Source: Candidatus Binatia bacterium (GTDB taxonomy: Bacteria; Desulfobacterota; Binatia; UBA9968; JAJDTQ01). From it: 64,000 bases of DNA. A program made the translations under genes and the position numbers. Location of the stretch: positions 22,054-86,053 of the forward strand of contig JAJDXX010000035.1 of NCBI GenBank assembly GCA_022823055.1. Direction: 5' to 3'. The stretch's first letter is position 1. Each line of letters starts with the position of its first letter. Shown one piece after another: positions 60,220-64,000 of this stretch. The notes beneath the pieces were generated by a model. That model searched no databases, was not told the DNA's origin, and was given only the letters and a program-made list of their open reading frames with translations.

Positions 60220-60984
60220 CTATGGCCGCGTTGAGCGGCGCGAAGGGAACATCGCCGCACCGATGATGCCGGCCCCGTTGCCGAGGCGGGCGGCCTCCAC
60301 CCGGCAGCCCACGTCTTTGAGGTGAGGGAAGAACCGTTCGGGCCGCTTGCTGACCCCTCCACCCAGGATGAACAGATCGACTCCCAGCAGGTACTCGACG
60401 TGGACCAGGTAGTCGTTGAGCCGCTTGCCCCATTTCTTCCAGCTCAGGCGTTTGCTCGTGCGGATGCTCGCCGCCGCTCTCTTCTCCGCGGCCTTGCCGC
60501 GCATCTCGAGGTGGCCTAGTTCGGTGTCGGGCAGCAGGACGCCGTCGCGGAAGACGGCTGATCCAATGCCGGTCCCCAGGGTGACCACCAGCACGGTGCC
60601 GGCCACGCCCTTGCCCGCGCCGAACTCGAACTCTGCCAGCCCGGCGGCGTCGGCGTCGTTGCCGATGGCCACGCTCGGGGCGTTCAGCTCGGTCTCGAGC
60701 CGGCCGGCCAGGTCATAGCCGATCCATGAGGGATCGAGGTTGGGCGCGCGCTGGACCCGGCCGCTCTTGACCAGACCGGGGAAGCCGCAGCCCACGGCGC
60801 CGCGCCATTGCAGTTGCCGCCGCAACTCCTTGATGGTTTCCATGACCGCCGCCGGCGTCGCCGGCTGCGGCGTGGGCTGGCGCACGCGTTCCGTCGCCAG
60901 CTCTCCGCTCGCGGTATCCACCAGCGCCGCCTTGACCCCGGTGCCGCCGATGTCGATGCCCATGACTCTGTCTGCTTCGCTCAT
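60220..60984 (-). CDS. Polyphosphate glucokinase / ROK-family sugar kinase
   Basis: VMGIDIGGTGVKAALVD (N-terminal ATPase motif), ...VVTLGTGIGSAV..., PpgK-like length (~255 aa); start among ATG 60984 / GTG 61005 uncertain. Confidence 0.75.
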   Translation of the reverse strand: MSEADRVMGIDIGGTGVKAALVDTASGELATERVRQPTPQPATPAAVMETIKELRRQLQWRGAVGCGFPGLVKSGRVQRAPNLDPSWIGYDLAGRLETELNAPSVAIGNDADAAGLAEFEFGAGKGVAGTVLVVTLGTGIGSAVFRDGVLLPDTELGHLEMRGKAAEKRAAASIRTSKRLSWKKWGKRLNDYLVHVEYLLGVDLFILGGGVSKRPERFFPHLKDVGCRVEAARLGNGAGIIGAAMFPSRRSTRP

Positions 60985-61125
60985 CGTCTCCTCGTTGCCG
61001 CGCACGTGAAGTCTGCCGCTTCATCATCATGGAACCCCCGCCACAATTCAACACCCGGCAACAAGCTCACCTTGCCGGAGACGGGAAATCCTGCGCATAT
61101 TGGTCAACGGACTTCGTGACGCAAC

Positions 61126-63102
61126 ATGCTCCACGTTCTCACCAGCCTGGTGGCCGTTTTGGCCGTTACGGTGGCCACGGTCTCCGTGTTCCACAAGCTG
61201 AGGCTCCCCGCCGTCATCGGCTATCTCGCGGTGGGCGTGGTCATGGGTCCCCACGGCTTGAGCGTCATCGGGCACGGGGAGGAGCTCGAGCTCCTGGCCG
61301 AGATCGGCATCGTGCTGCTGCTGTTCTCCATCGGTCTGGAGTTTTCCTTCGAGCGCTTTCTCGCCGTCAAGGGGCCGATCATCACCGGCGGTCTGCTGCA
61401 GGTGGCCCTCACTGCCCTGGCCGTGACCGCGGTAGGCGTCCACCTGGGCTATCCCGTGCGCATCAGCTTCTTCTTCGGCATGTTGGCGTCCCTCAGCAGC
61501 ACCGCCATCGTGCTCAAGATCCTGAGCGACCGCGACGAGTTGTCGGCCCTCCACGGCCGGCTCGCCATCGGTACCCTCCTGCTTCAGGACATCATTGCCG
61601 TCCCCATGATGCTGTCGGTGCCGGTGCTGGGGGAGACCGACTCGTTGTCCTTCCAGGTGGTGGCCCTCACGCTGGGGAAGGCGATTCTGGCCGTTTTCCT
61701 GATCTTCACGGCGTCGCGCTTCGTGGTGCCGTGGTTCCTGCACCAGGTGGCGCGCTTGCGGAGCCAGGAGGTCTTCGTTCTGTTCGTGCTGCTCATCTGT
61801 CTCGGCACCGCGTGGGCGGCGTTTCAGACCGGGATCTCCCTGGCCCTCGGGGCGTTCATCGCCGGTCTGTTGATCTCCGACTCGGAATACAGCCACCAGG
61901 TGATCGCCGACATCCACCCGCTGCGCGACACTTTCGCCGGCATTTTCTTCATCTCCATCGGCATGCAGGTGGATTTCCACTTCGTCGGCGACAAGCTCGG
62001 GCTGACCATCGGCGCCTTGCTCTTGGTGATGCTCATCAAGGGCGGCCTCATCACCGCCATCTTCGCGGTCCTGCAGCGCTCGTTCCGTCTCGGCCTGCTT
62101 CTGGGACTGGCGCTCGCCCAAGTGGGCGAGTTCTCGCTCATCCTGGCGCGCATGGGCGGCGCTTTCGAGCTTCTCTCTCCGAGCCAGGAGCAGATGTTCC
62201 TTGCCGTCGCGATCCTCAGCATGCTCGCGACCCCGCTGCTGATCCTCGCCGGCAGCCGCTTGGGGATGGCGCTGCACGGCGGCGCCGGGGCGCGCGCGGA
62301 GCCGCCGGAAGACGCCGTGGCCGGGCACGTCCTCATCGTAGGCTACGGACTCAACGGCCGGAACCTGGCGCGGGTCTTGCGCGAGGTGGACATCCCCCAC
62401 AGAATACTGGACCTTAACCCCCAGGCGTCGCGAACGGCGCGTGCCGAGGGCGAAAGCATCGACTTCGGCGACGCCACGCGTCCGGCGGTGCTGAGCGGAA
62501 TGGGAGTGGAACGGGCGCGCGTCCTGGTGGTGGCCATCAGCGACCCCTCGGCGACGTCGCGCGTGGTCGCGAACGCGCGGCGGTTGAACCCCGACCTCTA
62601 CATCATCGTACGGACGCGCTACGTGGCGGAGATTCCGCGCCTCACGCGGTTGGGCGCCAACGAGGTCATCCCGGAGGAGTTCGAGACCTCGGTGGAGATC
62701 TTCGCCCGGGTCCTCCAGGAGTACCATGTGCCGCGCAATGTCATCACCTTGCAGGTGGAGATGGTGCGCCGGGAGGGTTATGGCATGTTGCGCGGACTGC
62801 GCTTGGAGGGCAAGGGCCTGGACCGGTTCAGCCGGTTCCTCACCGGTGCCACCGCGGACACGTTCCTGGTGCAGGAGGAGGCGCCGGGCGCGTCCATGAC
62901 CATCGGGGAGTTGAAGCAGCACTTCCAGGGGCGCACCAGCGTCCTGGCGCTGGTGCGGGAGGGCGTCTCGGTGGAGAGCCCTCCCATGGACTACCGGCTG
63001 CGCCCCGGCGACATCCTGGTGCTGCTCGGCAGCCACGCGGACCTCGACCACGCCGTGCAACTGTTGACCGCGCCGCGGGAAGACGGGGCGCCGGAACCCT
63101 GA
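61126..63102 (+). CDS. CPA2-family K+/H+ antiporter with TrkA-N and TrkA-C (RCK) domains (KefB/KefC-like)
   Basis: 12-13 TM Na_H exchanger domain, Rossmann HVLIVGYGLNGRNLARVL, C-terminal TrkA-C. Confidence 0.85.
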   Translation: MLHVLTSLVAVLAVTVATVSVFHKLRLPAVIGYLAVGVVMGPHGLSVIGHGEELELLAEIGIVLLLFSIGLEFSFERFLAVKGPIITGGLLQVALTALAVTAVGVHLGYPVRISFFFGMLASLSSTAIVLKILSDRDELSALHGRLAIGTLLLQDIIAVPMMLSVPVLGETDSLSFQVVALTLGKAILAVFLIFTASRFVVPWFLHQVARLRSQEVFVLFVLLICLGTAWAAFQTGISLALGAFIAGLLISDSEYSHQVIADIHPLRDTFAGIFFISIGMQVDFHFVGDKLGLTIGALLLVMLIKGGLITAIFAVLQRSFRLGLLLGLALAQVGEFSLILARMGGAFELLSPSQEQMFLAVAILSMLATPLLILAGSRLGMALHGGAGARAEPPEDAVAGHVLIVGYGLNGRNLARVLREVDIPHRILDLNPQASRTARAEGESIDFGDATRPAVLSGMGVERARVLVVAISDPSATSRVVANARRLNPDLYIIVRTRYVAEIPRLTRLGANEVIPEEFETSVEIFARVLQEYHVPRNVITLQVEMVRREGYGMLRGLRLEGKGLDRFSRFLTGATADTFLVQEEAPGASMTIGELKQHFQGRTSVLALVREGVSVESPPMDYRLRPGDILVLLGSHADLDHAVQLLTAPREDGAPEP

Positions 63103-63250
63103 CCGCTGCGCGCGCCCGGAGCTACCACGCACGAAGGGCGAGGACCCCATGGCCCTCGCCCCCCTTGACCGACCGGACCGAGGATGGTTGGGGCGACCCT
63201 TCGGCCGCCCCAACCCGGGTTCGTCCGTCTACATTCGGCGGTGCGGTTTC

Positions 63251-64000
63251 CTAGATGTCGTAGTACAGGGCGAACTCGTAGGGATGCGGACGCAGCCTCA
63301 TGGGGTCGACCTCATTGGTGCGCTTGTAGTCGATCCACGTCTCGACCACGTCCTTGGTGAAGACATCGCCCTTCAGCAGGAAGGTATGGTCCTCCTCCAG
63401 GGCGTCGAGCGACTCGTCGAGGCTGCCGGGCAGGGATTCGACCTTGGCGGCCTCCTCCGGTGCCAGGTCGTACAGGTTCTTGTCCAGCGGCTTGGGCGGC
63501 TCGATCTTGTTGGCCACGCCGTCGAGCCCGGCCATCAACATGGCCGGGAAGGCGTAGTAGGGGTTGCAGCTCGGGTCCGGGCTGCGGAACTCCAGGCGCC
63601 GGGCCTTCTCGCTGGTGGAGTAGGTCGGGATGCGCACGGCCGCGCTGCGGTTGCGCTGCGAGTACATGAGGTTGATGGGCGCCTCGTAGCCCGGCACCAG
63701 CCGCCGGTAGGAGTTGGTGGTGGGGGCGATGAACGCGCACAGGGCGGCGGCGTGCTTCAGCAGCCCGCCGATGTAGTAGCGCGCGGTGTCGCTCAGCAGC
63801 GCGTAGTTCTTGGCGTCGTAGAACACGTTCTTCTTGTTCTTCCACAGGCTCTGGTGGGTATGCATGCCCGAGCCGTTGTCCTGAAAGATCGGCTTCGGCA
63901 TCATGGTCACGGTCTTGCCGTTGCGCAGGCCGACGTTCTTGACGATGTACTTGTACTTCAGCACCTGGTCGGCCATGGCCGTCAGCGTGCCGAAGCGCAT
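63251..64000 (-). CDS. glnA: Glutamine synthetase type I, 3' portion (N-terminus beyond window end)
   Basis: ...[18 protein letters not shown]...[30 protein letters not shown]... (GS catalytic domain incl. adenylylation-region NLYDLAPEE). Confidence 0.9.
   Translation of the reverse strand: MRFGTLTAMADQVLKYKYIVKNVGLRNGKTVTMMPKPIFQDNGSGMHTHQSLWKNKKNVFYDAKNYALLSDTARYYIGGLLKHAAALCAFIAPTTNSYRRLVPGYEAPINLMYSQRNRSAAVRIPTYSTSEKARRLEFRSPDPSCNPYYAFPAMLMAGLDGVANKIEPPKPLDKNLYDLAPEEAAKVESLPGSLDESLDALEEDHTFLLKGDVFTKDVVETWIDYKRTNEVDPMRLRPHPYEFALYYDI

Overview
High-GC (~67%) bacterial chromosomal segment. I could not assign a taxon from sequence; the proteobacterial-type synteny is the only hint. Coding density is very high on both strands, and many long antisense 'shadow' ORFs are GC artefacts. 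The first ~27 kb is a conserved housekeeping backbone: ruvC(partial)-ruvA-ruvB; an NtrY-like sensor kinase followed by an unusual receiver(REC)-LpxC fusion; a YbgC-like thioesterase; an HtrA-like protein that has lost its catalytic His and Ser; yceD-rpmF-plsX-fabD-fabG-acpP; glyA; nrdR-ribD-ribE-ribBA-ribH-nusB; leuS-lptE; rpsT; murJ; tatC; pncB. From ~27.6 kb onward the content becomes accessory and redox-rich. Three copies of a ~100-170 bp palindromic MITE-like repeat with an ATTCCC-N8-GGGAAT core occur; two bracket an amidohydrolase_2 plus ABC-2 transporter cassette. A minus-strand block encodes a divergent IspH paralog, a UbiD-family decarboxylase and a LOG/TIGR00725 protein. A lower-GC patch carries a class I cytochrome c. 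It is followed by two tandem di-haem cytochrome c peroxidases and an AioB/AioA-like Rieske + Mo-bisPGD oxidoreductase; this layout mirrors the iodate-reductase idrABP1P2 island rather than a canonical aioBA locus. Next come an Fmt-like formyltransferase, a PaaK-like CoA ligase and an HcrCAB-like (4-hydroxybenzoyl-CoA reductase-type) molybdoenzyme whose FAD subunit has a C-x15-C-x7-C-x8-C insertion. The window ends with a dynamin-like GTPase, DUF502, a TreT-like glycosyltransferase, HU, ParA, a CHAD protein next to polyphosphate glucokinase, a KefB-like antiporter and a partial glnA. No rRNA, tRNA or CRISPR array was recognised.
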